Below, piece by piece: positions 14,977 through 24,055 of a stretch of 64,000 bases of DNA. Source of the stretch: a virus. Position 1 is the first letter of the stretch. Each line of letters opens with the position of its first letter. The notes beneath the pieces were generated by a model, which saw only the letters and a program-made list of their open reading frames with translations, was not told the DNA's origin and did no database searches. The stretch is taken from the IMG/VR virus record IMGVR_UViG_3300030737_000007, positions 27,895 through 91,894 of that record; one strand, written 5' to 3'. The position numbers and the translations under genes were made by a program.

Positions 14977-17111
14977 TGGAAACGGACTTTTACCTCGACT
15001 GGGAAGTAAAATCTGTTGTGGCCCTAGATGTTCACGGGCTCGACAGGTACGCTAAGGATCCTTCGACGGCGATCCTGATGGGGGCGTACGCCGAGGGAGA
15101 TCACGCACCCAAACTCTGGCAGCCTCACCTCGAACCCAAGATGCCCGCCGAGCTGCGTGAGGCGCTTGAAGACCCGATGGTCGCTATCCACGCATGGCAC
15201 AGCGCCTTTGAAAGGGTGATTTCCAAGAATGTGCTGAAGATCGACAAGCCCATCCCTGAGTGGAGATGTTCGATGTCCGCAGCGCGTTATTTGAGCTTGC
15301 CGGGAAGCCTGGACGACGCAGGCAAGATTCTGGGTCTGCGTGAAGACCAAGCCAAGATGAAGATCGGCGACAAGTTGATTCGGAAGTTTTGTATCCCGGA
15401 AGACCTTGGCGGAGAAACTACACTTTTCGGAATGAGCGAGCCCACTTTCCGATCCTGGGCGACGGACCCCGCCGAATGGGAATTATTTTGCGATTACTGC
15501 AAGCAGGATGTAGTTGCGGAGCGCGCCATCCTCAAAAAGATCCGCAAGTTCCCGTTGCCCGACTTCGAATGGGACACGTATTATCTCAACGAAATGGTCA
15601 ATGCTACTGGGTGGCCAGTGGACATGCGTCTCGTGACCGGGGCGCGTGAGATTGTCGTGCGGGAATTAGAACGCCTCGGTACCCGACTGCACGAACTCAC
15701 AAAATTAGACAATTCTAACTCCGTGGAACAGTTACTACCCTGGTTAAGGGATCGTGGGTACAACTTCTCGTCGCTGAATAAAACCCTCGTCGCGCGCGCG
15801 CTCGAAGACACCCAACTGTCCGAGGACGCCCGAGAGGTTCTGATCCTGCGCGGCCAGACTTCCAAGTCATCGGTACGGAAGTACACCAACATCGCGGACA
15901 TGGTGAGCTTGGACGGGCGGCTGCGGCACCAGTACACTTACTACGGCGCGGCGAGAACTGGGCGGAATGCTGCGCACGGTGTTAACGTCGGAAATCTCCC
16001 AAAACCAGTCAAGTCAGTCGAAAAGCACCTGGAGCGAGCGATCGAACTGGTGCGCGCCGGAGACTACGAGGGAGTCAAGCGAGAGTTTGACAAGCCTCTG
16101 GACGTGATTACCTCGACCGTCCGTGCGTCCTTTCGAGCGGAGGACGGGAGTAAGTTTATCGTTTCGGATCTCACGTCAATCGAGAACGTAGCGATCATGT
16201 TCCTGTCTCGGTGCGTCTCGGGGCTAAAGGTGTTTGAGGAGAAGCGTGATCCCTACCTGGACTTCGCCGTCCACTTCTTCAAACAGAGTTACGCCGACCT
16301 CTACGCCGAGTACAAGGCGGGGGACAAGTCGAAGCGTACGCTGTGTAAACCAGCCTCCCTCGGATCTGGCTTTGGCTTGGGCGCGGGCGAAGAGTTCCTA
16401 GACGCAGACGGTAACAAACAGTGGAGCGGTCTCCTGAAATATGCCCGAGACATGGGAGTAATCATGACCCAGGAAGAGGCCACCAAAGCCATCGCTGTGT
16501 TCCGGAAAGTTTATCCCGAGGTGCCGCAGATCTGGAAGGACCTAGAGCGCGCCGCCGTCCGGGCCATACGAAACCCCGGATCATTGGTAGGCGTGGGCGT
16601 GCCTCAGTCGGACAAAGATCGTGAGTGGTATCTATCTAGAGGGCGCGCCGTAGACTTAGAGCCGTTCCTATCCTTCCGGTGCCACGGTAAGAAGATACTG
16701 GAATTGATCCTGCCATCTGGGCGATCGCTGCATTACATTGACCCTCGCGTCGAAGAGGAACCAGCGGTTTGGGAAGGCAGATCGTACACCCGCCAGAAAA
16801 TCATGTACTACGGCAAGCAACAGAACACGTCCGCTTGGGGTTTGGTTCCCACATTCGGCGGCAAGTTGCTGGAAAACAGTGCCCAGAGCTGGGCCCGAGA
16901 CATCCTCATGGAGGGCATGAAGAACGCTGCTGCGATGGGATTCGAAGTTGTCGGATCGACGTATGACGAGATCATCGCGCTGGTGCCTAATGATTCCCCC
17001 CTTGGGGTGGACCAGTTATGCGAGTGCATGACGCGGAAACCCTCGTGGATGCCCGATGGCATACCTCTTGGCGCGGCTGGTTTTGAGACACAAGAATACC
17101 GAAAAGATTAG
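14976..17111 (+). CDS. polA: family A DNA polymerase with 3'-5' exonuclease domain
   Basis: Exo DWE; YYGAARTGR; motif A SDLTSIE; motif B RTLCKPASLGSGFG; motif C YDEI. Confidence 0.9.
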   Translation: METDFYLDWEVKSVVALDVHGLDRYAKDPSTAILMGAYAEGDHAPKLWQPHLEPKMPAELREALEDPMVAIHAWHSAFERVISKNVLKIDKPIPEWRCSMSAARYLSLPGSLDDAGKILGLREDQAKMKIGDKLIRKFCIPEDLGGETTLFGMSEPTFRSWATDPAEWELFCDYCKQDVVAERAILKKIRKFPLPDFEWDTYYLNEMVNATGWPVDMRLVTGAREIVVRELERLGTRLHELTKLDNSNSVEQLLPWLRDRGYNFSSLNKTLVARALEDTQLSEDAREVLILRGQTSKSSVRKYTNIADMVSLDGRLRHQYTYYGAARTGRNAAHGVNVGNLPKPVKSVEKHLERAIELVRAGDYEGVKREFDKPLDVITSTVRASFRAEDGSKFIVSDLTSIENVAIMFLSRCVSGLKVFEEKRDPYLDFAVHFFKQSYADLYAEYKAGDKSKRTLCKPASLGSGFGLGAGEEFLDADGNKQWSGLLKYARDMGVIMTQEEATKAIAVFRKVYPEVPQIWKDLERAAVRAIRNPGSLVGVGVPQSDKDREWYLSRGRAVDLEPFLSFRCHGKKILELILPSGRSLHYIDPRVEEEPAVWEGRSYTRQKIMYYGKQQNTSAWGLVPTFGGKLLENSAQSWARDILMEGMKNAAAMGFEVVGSTYDEIIALVPNDSPLGVDQLCECMTRKPSWMPDGIPLGAAGFETQEYRKD

Positions 17112-17142
17112 TTGACATTTACGTCCCCGCGTGTGCTATATT
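17112..17142 (+). promoter_or_regulatory. promoter for the Sm-like / RS-repeat pair
   Basis: TTGACA at 17112 and extended -10 TGcTATATT at 17134-17142 (long spacing). Confidence 0.5.
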
Positions 17143-17228
17143 CAATTCAACACAAACGTACTGGAGACAGGGACTCAGCGCTTGACCGTCATCTCCCTGT
17201 ATTTTTCCGGACCCAAAGGAGAAACACC

Positions 17229-17495
17229 ATGAAGCAAATTGTGAGCGTAGTAGAAGTAGACGGCGAGGGCCTAGAAGCCCTCCTTAACCAAGATGTCCTG
17301 CTGTTCGGACTCAACTATATCTATGCCGGGAAATTAGTCGGCGTGAACACAACTTTTGTCAAACTAGAAAACGCGAAGATCGTGTACGAGACCGGTTCGT
17401 TTACTGATAAGGGATACAAAGACGCACAGCCGCTGCCCGGCGCTTCGTGGTATGTCCAGACCTCCGCCATTGAGTCTTTCGGCCTCGGAAAGTAG
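17229..17495 (+). CDS. putative Sm/Lsm-like fold protein
   Basis: LEALLNQDVLL...YIYAGKLVGVNTTFVKLENAKIV resembles the Sm1 pattern (helix, G.L.G.D....L.d); AAGGAG RBS. Confidence 0.55.
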   Translation: MKQIVSVVEVDGEGLEALLNQDVLLFGLNYIYAGKLVGVNTTFVKLENAKIVYETGSFTDKGYKDAQPLPGASWYVQTSAIESFGLGK

Positions 17496-17501
17496 GCGGC
17501 T

Positions 17502-17729
17502 ATGGCCCGTTCAAGCAAACAAAAATACCGCTCTTTATGGTCGCGGTCGGGGTCGCGGTCGGGGTCGGGGTCGTGGTCGGGGTCGTGGTCGGGGTCGGGG
17601 TCGTGGTCGGGGTCGTGGTCGGGGTCGCGGTCGCGGTCGCGGTCGGGGTCGCGGTCGGGGTCGTGGTCGCGGTCGCGGTCGCGGTCGTGGTCGTGGTCGC
17701 GGTCGGGGTCGGGGTCGTGGTCGCTATAA
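17502..17729 (+). CDS. (R/G/W)S dipeptide-repeat protein
   Basis: MARSSKQKYRSL followed by 31 XS dipeptides; ATG 6 nt after the Sm-like stop. Confidence 0.65.
   Translation: MARSSKQKYRSLWSRSGSRSGSGSWSGSWSGSGSWSGSWSGSRSRSRSGSRSGSWSRSRSRSWSWSRSGSGSWSL
17538..17723 (+). repeat. hexamer tandem repeat (C/G/T)GGTCG x31
   Basis: 186 bp, perfect period of 6, only position 1 varies. Confidence 0.97.
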
Positions 17730-17747
17730 CTTAACTCTAACTGCCCG

Positions 17748-17769
17748 CCGGGAGCAATATCCCGGTTTT
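17748..17769 (+). terminator. intrinsic terminator
   Basis: CCGGGA-GCAATA-TCCCGG-TTTT; T-tract overlaps a motif-A copy. Confidence 0.6.
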
Positions 17770-18454
17770 CCAGATAATGGAAAGAGGTCGCACATGACGA
17801 TCGAAGAAGCCACAGAAGAACTCCTTGACTTGGTGTACGACCCGCCGATCTTCCACTCCGATCCGTACGTCCAACGAAAATCAGTATAGACTTCTATAGC
17901 GGACATCCTGGAAGGGTACGAGCCTGCTTTGCCGCCGGTTTGCCCCGAGTGTTCGCACAAGGACAGAGAGCATGACCGACTCGTAGATGAGAATACTGAT
18001 ATGGCGGGCGACATAGAGGATTTGGAACGCAAACTCGGGAGACTTCTAGAACAAAACGAGACCTTGCAAGACCGCAACATCTGTCTGAGCGCGCGATTGC
18101 GGGAGCTAGAAGGCGAATGACTTACTGGGGCCGAGTAACCGTTGCCGTGCTGTTCTTCTTTGCCGGAGTTGCCTTCCTCGGTGTGGGCAGTGTTAGTTTT
18201 TGGTGTTTTGCTGGGGCCGCAGTCGCTGTATTCTGGCCCAGAGGGAAGTATGACTGAACTTGAAGAGATGCGGGCCCGAGTGATAAAACTTGAGGCCCGG
18301 GTAGCAAGGCTCAAAAAGCGGCTGCTCAAGAAGAAGAAATACGAAGCGGGGTATTTGCAGGCTACGTCGGCTACCCCACAGTTGAGAGATTTGATTGACC
18401 AGAAAGATCGGGCCGTGCTCGAAGATTGATTCCAGATAATGGAAAAGGAGAGGT

Positions 18455-18652
18455 ATGGACAAGTCTCGCAGTTCTGTAAGCGTGTTTATCGGGTGGATGG
18501 CGGCTATTATAATGGACGGGGTTGCCCCCAAAGCCAGTATTTGGGTGATTATCGGGTTTAGTTTTGCCGCCTACTCGGCAGCGGCGGTCATTGAGCACTT
18601 CCGTCACGAAAAGGAACTGAACAAACTTCGCTGGCCCAAGGCGCTAGACTAA
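18455..18652 (+). CDS. small membrane protein
   Basis: Two hydrophobic segments; AAGGAGAGG RBS right after motif A. Confidence 0.6.
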   Translation: MDKSRSSVSVFIGWMAAIIMDGVAPKASIWVIIGFSFAAYSAAAVIEHFRHEKELNKLRWPKALD

Positions 18653-18837
18653 TGGCTAACATCCTACAAGCAACCGAGTGGCTGAAGCAGCACAAGCGCG
18701 TCCGGCGCGCCAGCATGGGCGAGAAGGGTCACTTCGGTCTTACGCCGTCCGGGTTCGTCGTGTTCTCCGAGCCGGACTTCACCGCCACACTGCATATCAA
18801 TGACCTGCTGGCGGAAGATTGGGAAGTAGATGAGTAG
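18652..18837 (+). CDS. DUF2829-like small protein
   Basis: LK..KRVRR...DLLAEDWEV. Confidence 0.6.
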   Translation: MANILQATEWLKQHKRVRRASMGEKGHFGLTPSGFVVFSEPDFTATLHINDLLAEDWEVDE

Positions 18838-19777
18838 CTTAGCTGAAATCCTCCGCCCGCAAAAACTCGACGACCTGCTGGGAAACTCTGGGATCAAAAA
18901 AGTTGTACAATCCTGGATCGACACGGACAACTTCCCTCGGTGTCAGCTCTACACCGGCCCGGTCGGCACGGGGAAGAGTTCTCTTGCGGCGATCGTGGCG
19001 CGCGCTTGCCAAGGGAAGGGTGACTTCGAAGGCGCGGACATCCGTTCTATCAACGCCGGGGCCGTCGGGAAGGTAGACGACATGCGGGAACTAGCCGCCG
19101 AGTCCGCCAGCCGCCCGTTCCTTGGCCGCTATAGAGTGTTCATTCTAGAAGAGTTTCAGAGGTGTACGGACGCCGCACAGGACGCGATCCTTGTGCCTAT
19201 GGAGAATAACCCTTGGACAGTGTGGCTCCTTACAAGTTCTGAACCCGCCAAGATCTTGGCTTCGATCAAGTCCAGGTGTTCGGCGGCTACGTTCGAGCTG
19301 AAGCCCCTGAACCGAGGAGAGATTGCAGACTTAGTGTTGCGCGCCGCCCCCTCGGTTGCCTCTGGGACAGGCGTAGGCGTCGGAGATTTCCTCAGCAGCA
19401 AGGGCATCACATCTCCCCGGGAAATTCTGGGTGTTCTCGATCAGCACCTGTCCGGACTGCCCCTCGAAGAGTGTATACACGGATCCGAGCACGAGCCCCT
19501 CTACTCCGCCGTAGCCTCAGCCGTGCTGTCCGGAAACTGGACAAAGACCGCCGGGCTGCTGGCCCAGATCCCTACCGCAGACTACCGAGGTATGGTGGCT
19601 ATGGTATCGGCGTACCTGGCGGGGGCACTGCTGAAGGAGCCGGTTGGAGCGCGCGCAGACGGATTGGCGGCCTGCCTGGTCGGGCTCGGGTCGAACCAGT
19701 TTGCGGATGGCGTAGCGTACGCGGCGGCTAAGGGTCTACTTTACAAATGTGCAAAGATTTTAGGAGGCGGCAAATGA
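18830..19777 (+). CDS. DnaX/clamp-loader-like AAA+ ATPase
   Basis: LRPQ.LDDLLG, GPVGTGKSS Walker A, FILEE Walker B variant, SIKSRC arginine finger. Confidence 0.85.
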   Translation: MSSLAEILRPQKLDDLLGNSGIKKVVQSWIDTDNFPRCQLYTGPVGTGKSSLAAIVARACQGKGDFEGADIRSINAGAVGKVDDMRELAAESASRPFLGRYRVFILEEFQRCTDAAQDAILVPMENNPWTVWLLTSSEPAKILASIKSRCSAATFELKPLNRGEIADLVLRAAPSVASGTGVGVGDFLSSKGITSPREILGVLDQHLSGLPLEECIHGSEHEPLYSAVASAVLSGNWTKTAGLLAQIPTADYRGMVAMVSAYLAGALLKEPVGARADGLAACLVGLGSNQFADGVAYAAAKGLLYKCAKILGGGK

Positions 19778-20115
19778 GCAGTGAACTCACAAACCTGTTG
19801 CAAGAAACTTTAGAAACCCTGCGAGATAACGGCAAGACCTCCTCCGACGTGATTTGGGTCGGCAGTGGAGACGGCACAAAAGCCATTACCTGGGACCTGT
19901 TTGCCGAATTCGCCAACGTCGGATATGACTCAGGGTGCGGTGGTCATGAGATAAATGGCGGCTTGGTCGTGGTCGGAGACGACTGGTGGCTTGAACGCGG
20001 TGAGTACGACGGTTCGGAGTGGTGGGATTTCAAAGAGCGTCCCCGCCTCCAAGAAAATCCCCTCCCGTTTAACAACGTTCTGCTGCGGGGCTATCAGGAT
20101 GCTTGGACAATTTAG
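19774..20115 (+). CDS. conserved phage hypothetical protein
   Basis: YDSG.G......WLERGEYDGSEWW. Confidence 0.75.
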   Translation: MSSELTNLLQETLETLRDNGKTSSDVIWVGSGDGTKAITWDLFAEFANVGYDSGCGGHEINGGLVVVGDDWWLERGEYDGSEWWDFKERPRLQENPLPFNNVLLRGYQDAWTI

Positions 20116-20117
20116 CT

Positions 20118-20164
20118 TTCCATTAGCTGGAATTTGTGGTAAAATTGAATTCTCAAATTGAGAA
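20118..20164 (+). promoter_or_regulatory. extended -10 promoter bracketed by motif A and motif B
   Basis: TGgTAAAAT 20137-20145; motif A variant 20118-20132; motif B 20150-20164. Confidence 0.6.
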
Positions 20165-20173
20165 AGAGGACGT

Positions 20174-20488
20174 ATGACTACAGAGGAGCTTTCTGAATTC
20201 TACGATGAACACAAAGACGAATTTCTCCACTTCGAGCGCGTCGAAGACAAGATAACCAACCGCCCGGATCTTCACGCTTTTCTCCGGCTTGATAAACTAT
20301 TACCCAACGCAGACCCCGTGGGGCGAGGTGCGGACGATATTGTTAGCGGAGCCGACCATGACGTTATTTACATCGGAATAGATGTCGAGGAACTCTTGGC
20401 CGTAGCCACTGATGACCAACTTATCGAACTTTACCGCTGCGGAATCTTCTACAGCGAAGACAACGATGCCCTCATTTCATTCGTCTAA
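20174..20488 (+). CDS. hypothetical acidic protein
   Basis: GAGG RBS; RPDLHAFL.LD.L. Confidence 0.75.
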   Translation: MTTEELSEFYDEHKDEFLHFERVEDKITNRPDLHAFLRLDKLLPNADPVGRGADDIVSGADHDVIYIGIDVEELLAVATDDQLIELYRCGIFYSEDNDALISFV

Positions 20489-20497
20489 AGGAGTAAC

Positions 20498-21679
20498 ATG
20501 GAATTTACTGACCAAGAACTAGCTGCAATACGTGCCGAGCAATGTAAGGGTGCGTCCGACAACCAATTTACGCTGTTCATCAGCGAGTGCAAGAGTCGTG
20601 CGCTACGTCCGGGTAGCCATATCCTATTTCAGCTCAGGAAGGCGAAGGAATACGATCCTGTCACCGGCGCGTACATCTCCTTCATGAAACCTTTCTACAT
20701 CACCACGATCAGCGCGCTGTTGCTGATTGCTGAACGGACAGGTAAGTATGATGGGGCCTCCGCACCCGAGTACATCTACCTCGACGACGCCGGGGAGCCG
20801 ACGGTCCTCTCCGAAATCCCCCTGCCCGACAAAGAGAAGAAGTCTTTGCCCCGGGAGCCGTGGGCTGTTCGGGTCAAGGTGCGCCGTAAGGACTTCTCCG
20901 AGCCCATCTCCAGCATTGTCCGGTTCGAATCGGTCGCCGGTACTCGCCGGGTTGAAGGCGGGGGCGTAGCGCTCACCGAGATGTGGCAGAAGAGGGGGCC
21001 CGAGCAAAACGCCAAGTGCTCCCTGGCCGCGGCGATACGCATTTGTTTCCCGGAAGAGGCTGGTCAACTGTTCATTGCAGAGGAATTGAAGAACGAACCA
21101 GAAGATGCACCAACACCATCTCAAGCCCTTACCCCCGCACCCTCCGCCCCGATCGTCCCCAAGGTAGACCAAACGCCCGCAACCTCAACCGATGCCCCGC
21201 GACCCGGCGAAGAGAAGCCGATCCCAACACTAGTGGAGCTGATCCTGGATAAGCCCGCCGCCCCCGAACCCGAGAGGAAGAAACCAGGCCGCCCGAAGAA
21301 AGAGCCGGTTCCAGATAACGGAAACCCCGGTGAGCTTGGGATCACAGACGAGGACATCGCCCTCGCAGGCCCCTCGACCACCGAGACTCCCGAAGAGCGT
21401 GCGGCGGCCCTAGCAGACGCCCACGCATTTGTAGAAGAGGTATCGGTCGTAGCAACTGACCCGTTACCAACCAAAGAGCAGAAGGATGCCTTCGTAGCCC
21501 ATGTCCGAGAAATAGTAGCGGCGGGGGTTGACAACAAGCTGTTGGGAGCGTATATTTGCGGCAGAGTAAATAAGCAAAAGTCCAGTGAGCTAACCGTAGG
21601 CGAATGGAAGTCAGCGTTTGAGATTCTGAACTCCGCCAAAGCGGCTGGGACGCTCAAGGAAGTGGTGAAGCCGGTATGA
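20498..21679 (+). CDS. RecT/Bet-like single-strand annealing protein
   Basis: F.LFI..C....L.P, IAERTGKYDG, MW.K.......KC....AIR..FP. Confidence 0.8.
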   Translation: MEFTDQELAAIRAEQCKGASDNQFTLFISECKSRALRPGSHILFQLRKAKEYDPVTGAYISFMKPFYITTISALLLIAERTGKYDGASAPEYIYLDDAGEPTVLSEIPLPDKEKKSLPREPWAVRVKVRRKDFSEPISSIVRFESVAGTRRVEGGGVALTEMWQKRGPEQNAKCSLAAAIRICFPEEAGQLFIAEELKNEPEDAPTPSQALTPAPSAPIVPKVDQTPATSTDAPRPGEEKPIPTLVELILDKPAAPEPERKKPGRPKKEPVPDNGNPGELGITDEDIALAGPSTTETPEERAAALADAHAFVEEVSVVATDPLPTKEQKDAFVAHVREIVAAGVDNKLLGAYICGRVNKQKSSELTVGEWKSAFEILNSAKAAGTLKEVVKPV

Positions 21680-22311
21680 TTGACCACCGCGAGGCGTACT
21701 ACGAACTTACCCGCAGTATGAATTCATCAAGGTGTAGTCACCCTGCTATCGCCATACAGGTTTGCCAGACCTACGTTGATTGGCAATCCCGCAGCTACGG
21801 TTATTTTGTTACCTGTGACGCCTGCCACCAAACTGGTAAAACTTGTAGCGATCCGGATTCCGCGAAATACAGCTTCTATCAGGACGAGTTTATCCGTACC
21901 CTCGGTTCCGTCTTCAAAAACCCCGAGAAGTTAGTAAAAACCGAACCCGAAGTAGACTACGTAGACATCTACCGTCAAGTCGGCGAGAACTACGTCCTTC
22001 AAACTCAGTACCTGACTTTCGAAGAAATTGCGAGGAAATACCCTATGGCAATTCTGCCCAACCCTACCCCCTACTGGATCATCGTGTCAGATGAGGGACA
22101 CGCCGCGATCCCCGCCAAGCACCTCACAAAAGAAGCCGCAGACGCCGAAGCTAAGCGCCTGACCGCCGCCAAACCTGGTGCTACGTTTACCGTGTTCGAG
22201 GCTAAGTACAGCCTGAAGACACCGAAGGCCGAGGCGGTGAAGACGACGTACGAACCGAAGGCGACACATTTCTACGATCCTTATCCGTGGGTGTATCCCA
22301 TCGGGCGGTAA
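21676..22311 (+). CDS. hypothetical protein with Lar-like Zn ribbon
   Basis: YFVTCDAC. Confidence 0.6.
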   Translation: MIDHREAYYELTRSMNSSRCSHPAIAIQVCQTYVDWQSRSYGYFVTCDACHQTGKTCSDPDSAKYSFYQDEFIRTLGSVFKNPEKLVKTEPEVDYVDIYRQVGENYVLQTQYLTFEEIARKYPMAILPNPTPYWIIVSDEGHAAIPAKHLTKEAADAEAKRLTAAKPGATFTVFEAKYSLKTPKAEAVKTTYEPKATHFYDPYPWVYPIGR

Positions 22312-22344
22312 CCGCTGTAAATTCCATTATCTGGAAAGGGAAAC

Positions 22345-22788
22345 ATGTCAAAAGGTTTTAGTTTTGTAGTGGTCGGTGGCGGCCTTGGTCGCGACCCCGA
22401 GATCCGCTCTACCCAAGGGGGCAAGAGAGTTGCCTCGTTCAGCGTCGCGGTAGAAGAAGGGTACGGGGAGCGCCAATCCACGGCTTGGTATGACTGTATC
22501 GCATGGGAACCCCTCGCCGACTTCGTAGAGAAGCACCTCAAGAAGGGCAAGCAGGTCATCGTGTCCGGCAGCCTCCAAACCAGGTCATGGGACGACAAGT
22601 CCACGGGGGCCAAGCGCACCAAGACCGAGATCGTAGCCAAGGACATCAAGTTCGGGGATGACGGTAAGTCGGGCGGCTCTGGCCAACCAGCTAGGGCAGC
22701 CGCAGCCCCACCTGCCCGCCGTGAAACGCCCCAACCAGAGCGTCGGGAAGCGGCTGATCCGTTCGGCGACGAGGAAGAAGCCTTTTAG
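22345..22788 (+). CDS. ssb: single-stranded DNA-binding protein
   Basis: LGRDPEIR, LKKGKQVIVSGSLQTRSW, acidic DEEEAF tail. Confidence 0.95.
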   Translation: MSKGFSFVVVGGGLGRDPEIRSTQGGKRVASFSVAVEEGYGERQSTAWYDCIAWEPLADFVEKHLKKGKQVIVSGSLQTRSWDDKSTGAKRTKTEIVAKDIKFGDDGKSGGSGQPARAAAAPPARRETPQPERREAADPFGDEEEAF

Positions 22789-22796
22789 GAGCTACC

Positions 22797-23033
22797 GTGA
22801 AGATTTCAGTCACCCAGCATCACATTGACTCAGGGGTTCGGGGAAGTTGTACCTCGGACCCTATTGCTTTGGCCCTCAAGGATCTAGGTTATGAGCGGCC
22901 CTGGATCGGCGTGCATTACATCCGGTTGGACAAGGTAGACGTACACATGCCGTCCGAGGTGTACGAGTTCTTGAAGAGATTCGACAATGGTTTACCGCCG
23001 CTCGATCCGTTCGAGTTTTCGCTGGAGTTCTGA
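22797..23033 (+). CDS. hypothetical protein
   Basis: MKISVTQHHID.G....C...PIALA. Confidence 0.7.
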   Translation: MKISVTQHHIDSGVRGSCTSDPIALALKDLGYERPWIGVHYIRLDKVDVHMPSEVYEFLKRFDNGLPPLDPFEFSLEF

Positions 23034-24055
23034 TGCCCGCTAAGAAGCAAGCCCCCAAGCCGATCGCTCTCAACGAAGAGCAGCAGGCCGTGGTGTACGC
23101 GCGCGCTGGATTCTATCAAATTCTTGCCGGGCCGGGAGCTGGTAAGAGCCAATGTGTGACAACCCGGTTCGTCCAGTTGCTAAACGAAGGAGTCTCTCCG
23201 GACGACATTGCCTCCATGTCCTTCACTAGTACAGCGGCCAAGAACCTCAAGGACAGGGTCGAGGCTCAAGTAGGGAAGCTAACCACCACACGTAAAGCAG
23301 GCGCTACCACCTTTCATGGGCTGGGACTTGCCTTCGCGGTAGAGGAGCGCGAACACTTTGGATACGAACTCGCCGAATTTCCGTTATGCCCTGAGCCTCT
23401 GGCAAATAAGCTATCCGCTATTGCCGGAAAACGATTCGAAGCTGATCCCCGCTCACTGCGCGCCTACATCAGCCTTAGAAAACGGGAACGGGTTCGTGCT
23501 TCTGCGGCTGTCTCTAGAGCTGAGGCTCGCCTCGACGCCCCGGAGCTGAAGAACGCACTTGCCTACCGTCAGTACGAGAAGTCTTTGAAAGAGAACGGGG
23601 TGCTCGATTTTGACTCCCTCATCCTAGAGATGGTCGAGATTCTGGAGAAGAAGCCCGAGGTCCGCAAGCGCTGGACACGCGGCTGGATTATGGTGGACGA
23701 GGCGCAGGACTGCGCGAAGATAGAATGGGATCTGATCAAGCTGATCTCGGGCAGGTCGGTTATGGCGGTTGGGGATATTTCGCAGGGTCTCTACGCGTTC
23801 AGAGGAAGTGATCCAGCGCTATTCGCCCACATGTCCGAGATGTTCCCGGGAACTAAAACGCTGTTCCTGGCCCGCAATTACAGAAGTTCACCACAGATCG
23901 TAGACTTCATCCGGCCTTACGCTACGTCGGCTGAACTGGCAGAGAAGTTCCATACGTCGAATCCTGCGGGCCCCCTGCCAGTTGTGAAGGGGTTCGCAAG
24001 TAGTGCTCAAGAAGTAGAATGGATAATCGCTCAGATAAAGGAAACAATAAAGTGA
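23033..24055 (+). CDS. UvrD/PcrA-like SF1 helicase, N-terminal part
   Basis: LNEEQ, AGPGAGKS, TFHG, VDEAQD, VGD..Q.LYAFRG, NYRS. Confidence 0.9.
   Translation: MPAKKQAPKPIALNEEQQAVVYARAGFYQILAGPGAGKSQCVTTRFVQLLNEGVSPDDIASMSFTSTAAKNLKDRVEAQVGKLTTTRKAGATTFHGLGLAFAVEEREHFGYELAEFPLCPEPLANKLSAIAGKRFEADPRSLRAYISLRKRERVRASAAVSRAEARLDAPELKNALAYRQYEKSLKENGVLDFDSLILEMVEILEKKPEVRKRWTRGWIMVDEAQDCAKIEWDLIKLISGRSVMAVGDISQGLYAFRGSDPALFAHMSEMFPGTKTLFLARNYRSSPQIVDFIRPYATSAELAEKFHTSNPAGPLPVVKGFASSAQEVEWIIAQIKETIK

Noticed and set aside
17452-17889. Poly-GR and poly-V/A/G ORFs over the hexamer array as the real genes
   Set aside because: They overlap neighbouring genes or the terminator or lack a good start context; the XS frame fits between the Sm-like stop and the terminator (not formally excluded)
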